Source: Phoronis australis (Eukaryota; Animalia; Phoronida). Taken from it: 64,000 nucleotides of DNA. Every line of letters starts with the position of its first letter. Positions within the stretch are counted from its first letter, which is position 1. A model generated the notes under the pieces. The model did not search any database and was not told the DNA's origin. It saw only the letters and a list, made by a program, of their open reading frames with translations. A program made the translations under genes and the position numbers. This document shows positions 51,821-64,000 of this stretch, one piece after another. Location: positions 1-64,000 of the forward strand of contig NMRA01000664.1 in the NCBI GenBank assembly GCA_002633005.1. Reading direction: 5' to 3'.

Positions 51821-54289
51821 AGGCCTACTTAATTCAGGAAATCTGTATTAGGTTGCAAATCACTCTGCACATGCGAGGAGCACATTCACGAACACACTCT
51901 TTGTATGAATACAGTTTGATTTGATTTACGTGTGTTAAAAAGTACCAAAAAGAAAATGCTAAAACTGTTTTCAGTTGGTCCGAGAACAATTCATACATAT
52001 TGAATCTAGTCACATATTTAGACACAACGTAAGTACATAGCGCAGAAATGTCTGGCATGATGCCGACACTAAAAATGAAGAATCAATTAGATCCAAGTCA
52101 GAGGACATGCCTGACGGCATAACTCCTAGAACACAATTTTACCTATCGCAACAGGAGGCATGAAACACATTGCGGCAAGACATTCATTCCACAGCACTGG
52201 GACACCAAGACGTTAGGTTTAAGAGCACAATCAATAATGTTACAAAACAGAAAACATCGATCTATGACAGGTTAAATTCACCCCTTGACCTTGGTGTTTG
52301 GGTGAGTATTGGAGATAGAGTCACCTGTTCATCTTACACCTGCACTGTCAATTGACCCAGGACAGTAAACACAGCTCAGCAAGGCACTGCCAGTCTAGCA
52401 ATCTTTTTATGTTACCAAACGGGAGCAATGTTAAGGGAAATAATACAATGGTCTATCACGCGCAAGCGATCCAACTGACTTGTTTTATTTGGAACACATA
52501 CATGTAAGCCTTCTAGACATCGCTAATGTCCATGACGCAACAATGTCCTCCAGTGGATTTGCAAGATGTGTCTCCCTCTCTACAAACTCTGCTCGAACCC
52601 TTCATATGTAGCAACAGAAGCGGGTACACTGCTTCCTCTGCTCTGGCCCCTAGTGGTTATTTATTTCTTATGTGTGTCTCTGCCTCAAACGTTTTTGTTT
52701 AACAACAGTTTTAACTCTTATTGTTAGTGCAAACTGTGCTGAATGATCGTTGTTTCGTTAACTGACGGCAATTGCAGTCTCGCTGGACTATGCTGTAGTG
52801 GGGCGTAAGCGCACGATGTAAGCTCAGTCGCCAACATTTTTCATTGAAAGGTAACAGCTACGCACCGTAAGTTGCCTTATAGTGGGGCGTATGCGAAACC
52901 AACCATCTATTACATCTTGAAGCCATTTTACTCTATTCTGGGCTTCTTGGACTCAAAAACGTGACCGATGGGTTCAGCCACAAAACAGGGCTACTTGCGT
53001 ATCGTCGTGTTTTTGGATAGTATTATTAGTACCCTTTGCAATCCATTGCGTCAGTGTCACCTACGGAGTTCATGCATCAAACTACTGCGTAGCAATGATC
53101 TGTCCACTACCGACACTGATTGTGTAGCGGGTACCTCCGAGGGGCGGTCGTTGGTAATGCGTGATATCGGATACGTCTTCCGTGCATACGATCTTTTCAT
53201 ATCGATAGATAATGCTTTTGAATTTATATTGCATTTTATCGAAAATGTTGGCAGACATTGGAAGATTGTGTCAAAAGATACATTTGAAATCTTCAAAGTT
53301 AGTAATACAGTTTTAAAACCAATTCGGTTAGAGCTGTGCAGGAATCAAAATTTTTACTTCGCCTTTCATAACAGACTAGTTGCTTTTAATATTTAATGTT
53401 TAGATATCCCATACGTCCAGTCTTTGGTTTAACAAGACTACAGAGTTGGAAGAAGTCTTACATGAGGACGAAGAGAAAGCAAAGGGCTCCTCAATAGACA
53501 AGCAGCTGCAAAACACACTCTTGGAGGCATCAGGTAAAACAATACTTTGCGCAGTGAACCTCGACACGCAATGTGGCCCGGCGACAATACTTGTCGACGT
53601 TTGTATTAACACACCTGAAGTACATGTATTCCCTCTTTCTCTCCGAATGCGACAATAGGTGTATAGCGTGATTAAAATGGGATGTACTACTACTGTAGTA
53701 TCCCGCTGCGAGTGACATTGAATGTATGCCTAAGCACTGCAATGTCGGGGTGGTAAAATCAGAGTTAATATTCGCCCAATAATAATATAGGTAACCTTTG
53801 GGACCAGGGTTATGAAATATCGATAAAACTTATTCAAGTACTCAGATTGGTAAAATTATTTTCATGTAAGCATGTCTTGCATTGGGGGTGGATCTTGAAA
53901 GCATGAATTCTGGGTTTCATTACTTTGGATGGTAGTGTGCGTCGTAAAAGGTCGCAGCTGCTTGTGAATAATCTTTGAATCAAGGGGCAAAAACTCTTGA
54001 GGACTTGTCTTTAAAATCCAGGTCATCTACTGACACGCTACCTCGCCCTTTCTATCAGCGTTTTTTTGAAAGTCAGGGTAATGGTTGTACACCGCCCTAA
54101 ATGTCGAATCAAAGTTCAAAAATTGCCACTTTCACCCCATTTTACGTAAAGTTTTGTGCCCTTCAATTAAGGACATGTAGCGGCATTGTGGGTTTATGTT
54201 ATCTCTGTTTCAATGAGATACATGTAAGATTCATGCTGTTTTGGTACGCCAGCCCTGTATGTTGGTGGCTTCGCTTAATATTTTTGTGC

Positions 54290-54388
54290 TTAGCATTTGG
54301 TGTGGTAGATCAGTTAACAGTAGTGTACATGTAGGTAGTAGTTTAGCATTTGGTGTGGTAGATCAGTTAACAGTAGTGTAGGTAGTAG
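54290..54388. repeat. ~46-52-bp tandem duplication
   Basis: ttagcatttggtgtggtagatcagttaacagtagtgta(catgta)ggtagtag occurs twice; only the first copy has the extra catgta. Confidence 0.95.
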
Positions 54389-54740
54389 CCTTGGTGCAAA
54401 CATGTGTACTCAATACACAGCTTTGCACCGATGTGGGTCAAAATCTGGCCATATAAAGTCTGACATAACAAAATTAGTGTCATTAAAACTTCTTCTTATT
54501 TAACGGTATTAGAGAGAGTGGTGTTAATCTGCTGATACAATTGTGTAGCGATCTTTAGCGAAGGGTTTCGGCGCCGTGAATTATTGCGTCACGACCTATT
54601 GGTTAGTTTTCTTTTTTCGCCGATTCTTCAATCAACTGATCTTCTTCCACGAGGTTGCGTAGATGTCACAACAAATCATCGGAACTGGTTTCATGTAGTT
54701 ACATTTTTTCGTAGTCTAATACCATGAAACCGAATTTCAG

Positions 54741-56415
54741 CAGTGGCGGATCTACGTTTTCAGTAAGGGGGGGGTTAGGATTCCAGCAAAGGTTGAATCC
54801 TAGGCGCGTGTCGCAGAGCTGGGGGACGTCGGGAGGGGGAACCCCCTCCCGTGTAAGACATGTTTTGTTTTTGTAGCCAAATATTGAAAATTACATGCAT
54901 CTTGGTAAGTTTCTGGGACTTAACAGGTCTCTGGAGATTTTCTTAAGATTTTTTACATAGCACACTTAGGTAAAAAATCCCAAGACTAGTTCGCTGAAGG
55001 ACCAGAAGGACACTGAAACTAAATACCTTCACAAATCAAGTTGGCCCGGTCCTTCGCGAGACCTAAAGTGTACAATGCATTTTTTTAATTGAAAACTTCT
55101 CTCTAGACACGTTTTAATCCCCAGTGTTTACTAATACGTTAGTCCTATCCCTCTGTTGTCTAGACTTCCGAGGAGTCTGATTAACGGATCCAATGGTTCG
55201 CACGCCTTGGAACCATTCTACCCAGATATCTTCGATATTTGCTCCCAACGCTTGCATTTCGTCGACTGCTGTGTCAATGAGCTTGTACGCCACTACATTG
55301 CCAGCATCTGGTTTCGCGGCTCAGTTGGCACTAAGACCCTTGAGGCTGCCAAGTCCATTCAAAAGACTTACATTTGCAACTAAATTTGATCCGTTCATCA
55401 TGGACCACTTTAAACCTTTACAACGTATCCGAGGACCTATTTGCATCTCTTGCCATTTTCGAAATAAAGGTCCCAATGTCTGAACGCTTGAAACCCGAAG
55501 TATTAACATCAAATAAATGCCCATGGGCATGAACCTTTCATCAGGTGGGCCTTTCTGCGAAAATTCCCAGTATAGAAGACGGCATTGTGCTTATTGCAAG
55601 TAGAAAGACGGTAGCTGTTGAGGTCGGAACTAGAGGTCGTTAGGAGGCCTATTGAACTTGAGTCCCGCAAGACTTTGTTGTGAAAGAAAAGCCTCCCCGA
55701 AATTTCTGGTACTGTACACTATTCGCGAATGCGGTCACTTTGTCAATGTGAGTGCCTCCTTGGTCATTCCTTGTATAGATATAAGTTGTTAGATTGTATC
55801 TTCAAACGGACTTGCGACCAGACCACGGCGCCAGCCACAATAGCATTTCTTCGGAAAAAAATATTAAATATTAAAAATATTCAAAATATTCAAAATATTA
55901 CATCTACATGTACACTGCATGACATTGCGCAAGACTTTACTATACATCAGCCAAATTCGAGTCACAAATGTGTGGAGTGTAATAGAATGACACGGCATGA
56001 CAGATGAGGTACGTAAAAACGTTGCCGTAAATTCGCCTGAATATCAGGGTTGCGGCACCACAGTATTTCCCCTAATCGAATCAAAACATATCCTAGAGTA
56101 AAGAAGCTAGATACCTAAAGAAATCAGCTATAGAACTGGTCTTTCAGCGGTGGATCCATCTATAATGCTTTGCTACTTCAGGAGTTTCGACGGAAGCGCA
56201 CGCACAATTGATCTCTGCGCGTTTTGTCGATGAGCCACAAGGACTCAGCAATTCACAATGCAAAAAATATACTTTCAGAGTGATAATCCCCCTCAATTTG
56301 GTTTACTCGGGGTTTACAAACGCTGTCCGTGCCGTTTTTTTTTTATTTTTGGGTCCTGGCCCAATGGGTGGGGGTTAAACCACCTGACCCCCCCGTACAT
56401 GTATATCCTCCACTG
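54741..56415. mobile_element. 1.7-kb non-autonomous TIR element with an exact 5-bp TSD
   Basis: Left cagtggcggatctacg; right end reverse complement cagtggaggatatac(atgtac)g; TTCAG flanks both sides (54736-54740 and 56416-56420). Confidence 0.75.
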
Positions 56416-57559
56416 TTCAGAATCAAATTTGCTTCTGTGAAGATGTCATCAACTGCCGTGAGATGTCGCAAAATTTTAGGAAATGGCGCGTGCGCGTTGC
56501 ACGAACGCACTGTTTTCAAAACGACAAACTACTTTTCAAAGTTACAAAAGGTAGAGAGTTACACAAGTAAATGACGTTTGTTGCATTGTTTTTCATTTAA
56601 GCGACTGTAACGGGCAAGGTGAGTGTAGGTTGATTCCCAGATTTTGCATGCACCCCGTCCGACCTTTAGCTTTACATGCTGATATAAGTTTTACGGCGAG
56701 GTGACCTGCAGAACTACCCTGGCTGTCTGCACTTTCGGGTTCTATGGAAGATTAACACACAGTGATACATAGCTGTATTTTGACGATAGTCTTTATACAG
56801 CTAGCTAGATGGCTATGTAGGTAGTAACACTAGTGCGAGTCGCAGATAATTTAAGACTATCGGCTCAATGTACTTACATGTTATAGTAAGTATCACAACA
56901 GATCAGTTGCAATACCTTCACCCGGCAACACAACACCAGTTTGTTACTCAAACTAAACTGCTCGCCATTTGGTTGGAACATGATTTCCTGTCTCGCTAGC
57001 CACTTTTTTCAAACCATGCTGGAAACATGATCTGCTCACCAGATCGATCTAGCGGTGCTAAGGTGGCGTACCTCTCCAACTCGACATTCCGCTTTGGGGC
57101 GCCTGTTCCGGAATACAGCTGTTTTGACAATGTGGAGTACGGTTTAATACTGCATTCATCACCTACAAGGTGAACTAGGAGCCCTCGAGGACTAATACAG
57201 TTTTTCAGTCCTAAACCAATTGCGGGTGATGATACGCTGCGCATCACAAATCATGGATAAATGTGTTTTTAGAAACTATTGGACAAGCGTCTGAATGGGT
57301 CTGGTACTACTTGTAGTTATATACATTGAACCCTCATCTTCAGGAACTCTTTTGTCAGGAACCCTGTGCACCACGATGGGGATTCAGGGTAGGAGTTGCT
57401 GAAACATGTGTCTGATGAAGAAGCTCCACTGATGCACTAATAATACCTGTAATTAGTTTCACGCCCACGGTATTGTTGATATTTCAAAAAATGGGTGAAT
57501 CATTTTACACCGAGCATATTGTTCAGTTTGGGAGATGTTTGCGTTTCCAATTGTCTCAA

Positions 57560-58635
57560 GCAGGAAATAAAAGATTGTGCATATTGTCATCTGGATTACA
57601 TGTTCGAATAGTCTGCGCTTTTCTCTGCAAACATACGTATTTATTACAGCCAAGAGACTGGAAAATGGTGGATCCTATGGAAATGCCGAGACGTCGGACG
57701 AGGTCTTGGTAGAGTACGACATCTTGATTACGTTACAGCAATACGCATCCATCTTCAGACTTAAATCATCGGCGCCAGGGTGAGTAATATGGTATTCAAG
57801 TAAAATCTCATCCGATTAGGAGAACGGCAACGAACAATAGAGACTTGCGTCAAGTAAAGGTGTGACCGACCAGTTATAATTCAGTTCGTCGTTTTACTGT
57901 ATTCACCGAGAACGATATTAACGTCAACGACATTCTCTGAGCTCAATCTAAACGCAATTTAGATGGAACAAGTGAAACGCACAGAAAAGAGTTTGAATGA
58001 CTCCGTAGCTGGCCTAATCTGTTCGAAGGAGAATACTGTAGATAATTGGAAATATACTTTGTTTTGTAATACTACAGAAATGCTCCACAAAATAAAGGCA
58101 TGGGACAGTAGTTTGTTGCCTTTCAATTTGCACGACTATTTCCGTTTCTTGTCTTCAAAGCTCGGTAAACTGATAAAAAAATGGATTTTTATTTCAAGGT
58201 GCCGAAACATGAAATACCTGCTTTTAAAATCACTTGACTGCATTCGGTAGTCCCAATTCGGAAACTCTACGGTCGTAGCACATCAACAAAGGTAAAATAA
58301 AGTTTGGAGAATTCGTATGAATAGCCTATGAAGGTGTTCTTTTTGTTTCGAAATTGTCATAAATTATAATAACTTTTGTAATAATCTAGTATCTAGTTTC
58401 TTTGACTTCACGTATTAAGACGATGCTATAATCCCAGAAAAAATGTGGACATTTGGCTTCCCTGGAATGCATTGTTTTAAACGCTTCATCGGATTTCCCT
58501 GAAATTTCCAGACATCATGGTGCACATATTGTTTTTCAAAACAATATTAAACATTATTTCAATGGATATCGAATTAGGCGTGTAAAAAACTTAGTTCATC
58601 ACCAGATTCACATTAGAATAAGCAAGGTTTCCTAA
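57560..58635 (+). pseudogene. Probable Mab-21/cGAS-like nucleotidyltransferase (cGLR) pseudogene
   Basis: LRFS..LENGGSYGNAETSDEVLVEYDILITL fits the hG[GS]x9-13[DE]h[DE]h NTase motif. Downstream broken frames give EIPAFKI, VWRI..AYEGVLF, SLTSRIKTML and FQNNIKHYFNG..NL, in the order of Mab-21 motifs (DLVPA, WRxSF..E, SYHLKT, HYF..NL). Confidence 0.5.
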
Positions 58636-59311
58636 GCCAATGCCCACGCTTTCAAGCTTCCACGAGACCTGCAGCTGTGTATATCGACCTTAAAGAGGCA
58701 AAAATCTAATTTAAAGAAACCCTGACGAAACTGTATGTGTAATTACTCACAACGTCTGGTACAGAGTAATTCCCTTTTCTCTGTGAGACCGTTTCCAGAA
58801 CAGTACACAATATTCTCGTCTTTTGAGATACTCGCGAAGACAAAACTTTGTGGTAACCACATAAATTCTGATATGCCTCCCATTGACAATGAATGCGCGC
58901 ATTCTCTCACAGTCACTGGCTTGTACGTCTAAGTCTTGCCACACCAAACAGTGAGACATGCTTAGCTTTGTGAGAGAAAAATCGACGAAGTGCCGACCAG
59001 CTGAAAGTTTTTTTTAATTTTATTCTAAAATTTAATGCTTTGATATCAACAGAAATTAAAAATCTAAACGAACGAAAACTGAAATACCTGTTGAGCAGGT
59101 TGAATTGAGTCTCAGTGTTAGTGAACCACTTTCACTATTATAATTAGGTGTTGTTCTCGTGTTCAACACCTTTTTATTGGGGACAAATAAAACAATAAGA
59201 ATCATGTATATTTTAAGTTGTATTGGGAATTTCAGGGTCACAGCTCTACAAATAAATATTTTACAGAAGGCTCCAGATGGGTTCCTTAATTGCAAGAGAT
59301 AACACACACAT

Positions 59312-59530
59312 TTCCGATACCCAAAGTACAATTGAGTATCGGATGCTAAGTGGCACAGGTTAGCATAGTACCAAATGGGTACATAATACCAAATGGGTAT
59401 TGGCCGATTGCCTACCAACTGGGTCGAGCATAACAGCAAATTCACTAACAAGTACTAAGTGGGTACAAACTGCCAAATGGACAAATATCATATAAAGTAC
59501 CAAGTGGGTACACCAAACAGCCAACTGGGC
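59312..59530. repeat. Degenerate gtaccaa(a/g)tgggta repeat cluster
   Basis: Several imperfect 14-20-bp copies, probably subterminal repeats of an unclassified element. Confidence 0.55.
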
Positions 59531-60965
59531 TATAACAACCTGCAAAGCAGGGTTCCGGACAAGCTGAGTGAGCAGACCAGCCGGAGTGATAAAACGAGAT
59601 ATTGTAAGGAACGTGGTGTTGTGGCTCAGTATGTGCCGAGAGCTGTGACCGGGGTGGAGAGAAGCAAGCTGAAGTGATGGATGCTCGAGTACAGGTCGGG
59701 TCGCTAGCCAATGACGTCGGTTCTTGCCGGACGGTATCACGCTCCGGGCGTGAAGAAGGTACCATCAGGGACTGCAAAATCAACAATAACCAACAGCAGA
59801 TTTTGTTCGACAAAAGGGGAGTGTGGGAAAGGTATGAATCGGTTGAGTGGAGATGCCGTGGTACCCAGGGTAGGGAGGGTGGGAGAAGTATAAAATTGGC
59901 TAATTAAGAAAACTTACGAGTGAACTTACTGTTGCTTGTGGCTGGGCCAACATGAAGCTGGAGAGAAAGAACAAACAGCGCTACCATCGGACTTGGTAGG
60001 AACTAACTAGGAGTTGGATATGAAGCATGAAGGGCTGTATAATGTTATTTGCCCAAATAATAGGATTTATGTCAGAGTGCCATCAATCTCATTAATAGAG
60101 ACGGCAGAAGACATATCTATAACGTCCCAATCCGCCTCTCCTATTTCGGGAAGCAATCTGACTCGATTCTTTCGAAAATGCATTTTTTACACTACCTTCA
60201 AGGTCGTTTTCCCTGACTAGAATCAGCTGTTAACTTAATTCATACGATGAACACCAATTAGCGATAGGTTGAACGAGCTTTAAATTATCACATACTTACA
60301 TGTAGGAGCAGATTTTTTCTAAGTTTTTCGAGTATTGTTGAAAGATCGACTCACGCCAACAGGTGTCGAACAAGCTTAAAAGGTCGGCACTAGCCGACGG
60401 GAAAATATTTTTATAGTCAGTATTCATGCATGGACATGACAGAAATTGCAAGCGCTATGTCAAAGAATTACTCGACATCTAGTGTGATGGATGGAAACGA
60501 CAACAATAATTTCAGACCACCTGTTCATAGGTTTATTGCGTCAGCTTTTGAGTATTTGATTTGAGATCTGAGAAAAAATTGCGAAAGTTGAACTAGTTTG
60601 TCTGAACAGATATGACGGTAAGTGTCTGATTTCCCGTAAATGTCAAAGATATTCATAAAAATTCTCCGTTTTGAGTCCTCGTAAAACGGGTACTTTTGGG
60701 CCATTTATTTGACTTTCAAAAATATATATATATATATTATTTTTCCCTCAATGTTTCGAATGGAATTCTTCTCTTTTCTGTATAGCCATTTTTATACAGT
60801 AGACCCAACTACAAAATTGTTCTTCAAAAATCTCACCTTAAAATGTGGAATTTTTAGGAAAATTGATGACAAGCTGGTGAAATCCGTCTTGTAATTTTGT
60901 CTATGCCTTTTTGATTGCTTGTGAAGTCCGTCAACACTCGAGGTTTATAACATATACTTTTACAG

Positions 60966-61051
60966 AGCAAGAAGATTCAAACGAAATTCTGCAGTACACA
61001 AAAAATGGCCTAACGCAACAGTAAAGTATAAAATCTACCCAATGATGTTCA
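60966..61051 (+). CDS. Astacin-family (M12A) metalloprotease exon: propeptide end and mature N-terminus
   Basis: Acceptor cttttacag and donor gtaagt; translates ARRFKRNSAVHKKWPNATVKYKIYPMMF (furin-type RFKR, astacin WP..VxY). Phase-1 end fits the next exon. Confidence 0.8.
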
Positions 61052-61192
61052 GTAAGTACATTTATTTAACAAAGTTACATCCCGAAGAAATGTTATCAAT
61101 GCAAAAATGAATCTAAGCCTACAAAGTTTTTGGCAAAAAGTATACCTTTTAGTACCACAATTCTTCTAGAACTGGCAAATGATTGCCCTATA

Positions 61193-62112
61193 TATTATTT
61201 AAGTATTAATAAATTATTTTATGCAAGGTATACTGCTTCGTCCTCATTATCATATTGTTTGGATTCTCGGGTCAGTGACCCTCTTTGTTCTGAGAGTATT
61301 GGTTTAATTGTACCACGTAATCTCTTTGTCTTGTCGCAACACCGGGCCACTGTCCATAATTCTCTCCAATTTTCGAGTTTTGTGGGCGGATGCATCCTTC
61401 TACTGCATCTGTGGCAGATTGTCACCCACCTTTACCGCTCATCATATTATATAAATTGTGTATTTATCGATAACTGCAGTAGTTTAGTTTGTCATAATAT
61501 ATATGACCTTTAATCTCACCTACACGTGTTGTTTCAAAGTAAACTAGCTTCGGTATTGTTTCGCAGTTAGCAAAAATAAATATTATTTAAGTATTAAATT
61601 ATTTTATATAAGCTATAGTACTTCGTCCTCATTATCATATTGTTTGGATTCTGGGGTCAGTGACCTTCTTTGTTCTACGATTATTGGTTTAATTGCATCA
61701 CGTGATCCATTTGTCTTGTGGCAACACCGGGCCATCGTACATAACTCTCTCCCATTTTTGAGATTTCAGTCAATTTCTCTTCCCCTTCCTCCCTCAAACC
61801 AATTGCTCTTACTTCCCTGTTAACACTTTATTTCCCATGTCGCTGTCCTGGTGTTGCTGTTTTGCTTCCGAATATTCTTACTTATCTTTCTAGTTCAACA
61901 CTTGTGTATACCTTCATTGCTGCATTGTACCTCCCGTAGTGCTCCTTTTCCGGATGATTGTCGCAGATTGTCACCCATCTTTACAGCTCAACATGTTATA
62001 TAACTTTTTTTTTTATTGATATCTGTAGTAGTTTAGTTTGTCATGATACATGTATATGTGAACCTACACGTGTGGTTTCACTGTAAACTAGCTTCGGTAT
62101 TGCTTCGCAATA
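61193..62112. repeat. Diverged tandem duplication inside the astacin intron
   Basis: 61193-~61570 and ~61581-62112 share tattatttaagtatta..cttcgtcctcattatcatattgtttggattct..gtaaactagcttcggtattg. The second copy has an extra internal block of roughly 150-190 bp. Confidence 0.85.
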
Positions 62113-62293
62113 AGCGCATATAAATGTGAATTATAGACCGTTGGTTTCCTTAATCACCCAGTTTATGTAAATACACAGTATGCGACTTTTGAGCGGTTGA
62201 TGGTCAGCCTGCGTGGTCGTTGCTGATGGGTCGGACACATAATTTGTAATCTACGCTGTAGTAACTTGAATTGGTGATATATTCTTTTTTCAG

Positions 62294-62490
62294 GTTTAAA
62301 GGAGCTCAAGATGTTGCGAATTGCGATTAAACAGTGGGAGCATTTTACTTGTGTTAAGTTTAAAGAAGCCGCAGAAGCTGACGAGCATTTCTTGCAATTT
62401 CGAGCTGGTCACTCAGGCTGCAACTCATTCGTTGGATTCCAAAACATTGGGAAGCAGAACATTAACTTGCAAAGCCCCGGGTGTAGCCAT
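62294..62490 (+). CDS. Astacin-family (M12A) metalloprotease exon: catalytic domain before the zinc motif
   Basis: Acceptor ttcttttttcag and donor gtaagt; open frame LKELKMLRIAIKQWEHFTCVKF..FLQF..SGCNSFVG..GKQNINLQSPGCSH. The HExxHxxGxxH exon is expected beyond the window end. Confidence 0.9.
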
Positions 62491-62666
62491 GTAAGTACAA
62501 ATGAGAGAGCCACCGATTCATTTAGTTTTGCTACCGTCTTATTCAGTCTATATCAACATCACAATGTAATGTACCATCGATCTCACCTCACCGAAAGGTG
62601 TCCCGTTAACTTGTGAGGAAAATGAAAACACGACGTCAGTGGTTCTTCAGCCGAGTGTGTTCCTGT

Positions 62667-62870
62667 ATGTTTTTGCGTATTGTTCCCGCTTGTCTGAATC
62701 CCGAAGCTGCAAAAAAGCGGATATATCACTTGTTTGGATCACCTCGAGAACCCAAAATGCTTCAGAAGTGGTTTTTGGCAGTAAAGAATGGACAGTACGC
62801 CGTTTTAATTTTGTATTAGTGGGATGTCGTGAAATACCTCCGTGTCTGTGGTCGGAATCGTCCTGTTTCA
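62667..62870 (+). pseudogene. THAP-domain remnant in the astacin intron
   Basis: IVPACLN..HLFGSPREPKMLQKWFLAVK..*WDVVKYLRVCG resembles a degenerate THAP (C..C, FP, W, VC). Confidence 0.5.
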
Positions 62871-64000
62871 AAATGAGTAATTCTAATCCCGACCAATGCT
62901 TATATAAAACTGAAGCAAAGTTTGCCTCGGTTGATGCAATTTGTGTCGGCTTAGGAGTGTCCGTGGATCAATAGGTTTTGAGAAATCAATTATGAATAAA
63001 TCATACTGCGTTATCGGCTTCAGCCAATTCGATATTTGCTGGCAGAAAGCTGTTGTGAAGCGATTGTATACGCTATTGTCAGATTTTAGGGGAAATTTTC
63101 ATTTAAAGATATATACATTATCTAAATCATAGCTATTGCACACCTAGTTTTCCTTGTACAGTTCTGTGGAAGGGGAACCTGTCTTGGTGCGGCGCCCGGC
63201 AGGTGCGTATAATTGTGATTTCGCGGCAAATTCACCAAAACATTTACGGGCATTTTTTTCTTTGGTTCAGTAGTCTATTATTTCTCTGATTTTCAGTTTA
63301 GTTTTCAACTTTCCCAGACCTCTAATTGGCTAGTTTATGCTTGCAATATCTACACCCCGAACGAAATGATCGGGTTCGAGAGAGCCTCTGCGTTATAAAG
63401 AGCCTTGTTTTGTTAAGAACTAAAAAAATCTCAACAAAAAATTACAACACGCGGTTATTCTCCCCTGTCTTTTTTATTTCACGGAAGAACATGTCCAATT
63501 TATCACCGAACAGATTTCAATCTTCCCACGACCGACTTCGGTAAGTTGGCCTACGGATCTTTATAGGCTACGGCACGTTCGAAATTTTCTATAAATCCGT
63601 AAAAGGCGAAGTAAAACAACCAACTTATTTAAAAACGCAATGCAATTGAAAGGGTTTTACATCAAATTTTGATGATTTTATGGTGTAGAACGATTGTAAG
63701 ATGACACCAGTATGCGCCTTATGAACTGCTGAACAGACTGCGTTAGAACGTTTGACGTCATTGGTTAATTTCTGCAGCTCCTTCTGCCGTCTGTTGTCAG
63801 GTAAAATAACTGAACTTGCTGTTATCGAGTGGGATTACTCAATATGAATTATTACGTTGTTTTGAAGGTGGAATTCTCCTTTAAGTTTCCCGAAATTCTA
63901 TCCCACAATTTAAGATAAAGCGTAGCAAATTTGGGATTTAACGGAGTCAAAATTAAAATGTCGTGACGGCAGATATCGACCACGGAAAAGCGCTGCATAA

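Noticed and set aside
60014-60620. Upstream astacin signal-peptide or prodomain exons
   Set aside because: No open, phase-compatible exon with a hydrophobic signal or an EGDI-like motif could be identified.

Overview
This is an AT-rich eukaryotic window, most consistent with a marine invertebrate genome (inferred from its transposon content and spliceosomal introns), and it is almost entirely decayed mobile DNA. Retroelements: a 3'-truncated BEL/Pao element (minus, ~2.6-6.9 kb), a full-length but frameshifted Gypsy/Mag-type element with both LTRs, PBS, PPT and TSD (9110-13462), a CR1-type LINE (~42.4-45.4 kb) and a tRNA-derived SINE. DNA elements: an internally deleted ISL2EU-like element (YqaJ exonuclease plus THAP), a mini Kolobok-like element, Academ elements, several TIR elements with 5-bp TSDs, and a Polinton/Maverick relic (protein-primed PolB plus two small ORFs, ~32.0-35.3 kb). 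The only apparently intact host gene is an astacin-family metalloprotease, seen as two exons near the window end. A probable cGAS/Mab-21-like (cGLR) pseudogene lies just upstream of it. The most unusual signal is the repeated insertion of CATGTA at TA sites, giving TACATGTA. It shows up directly when duplicated copies are compared and resembles Tc1/mariner excision footprints. All family assignments come from motif recognition by eye; no database searches were run.
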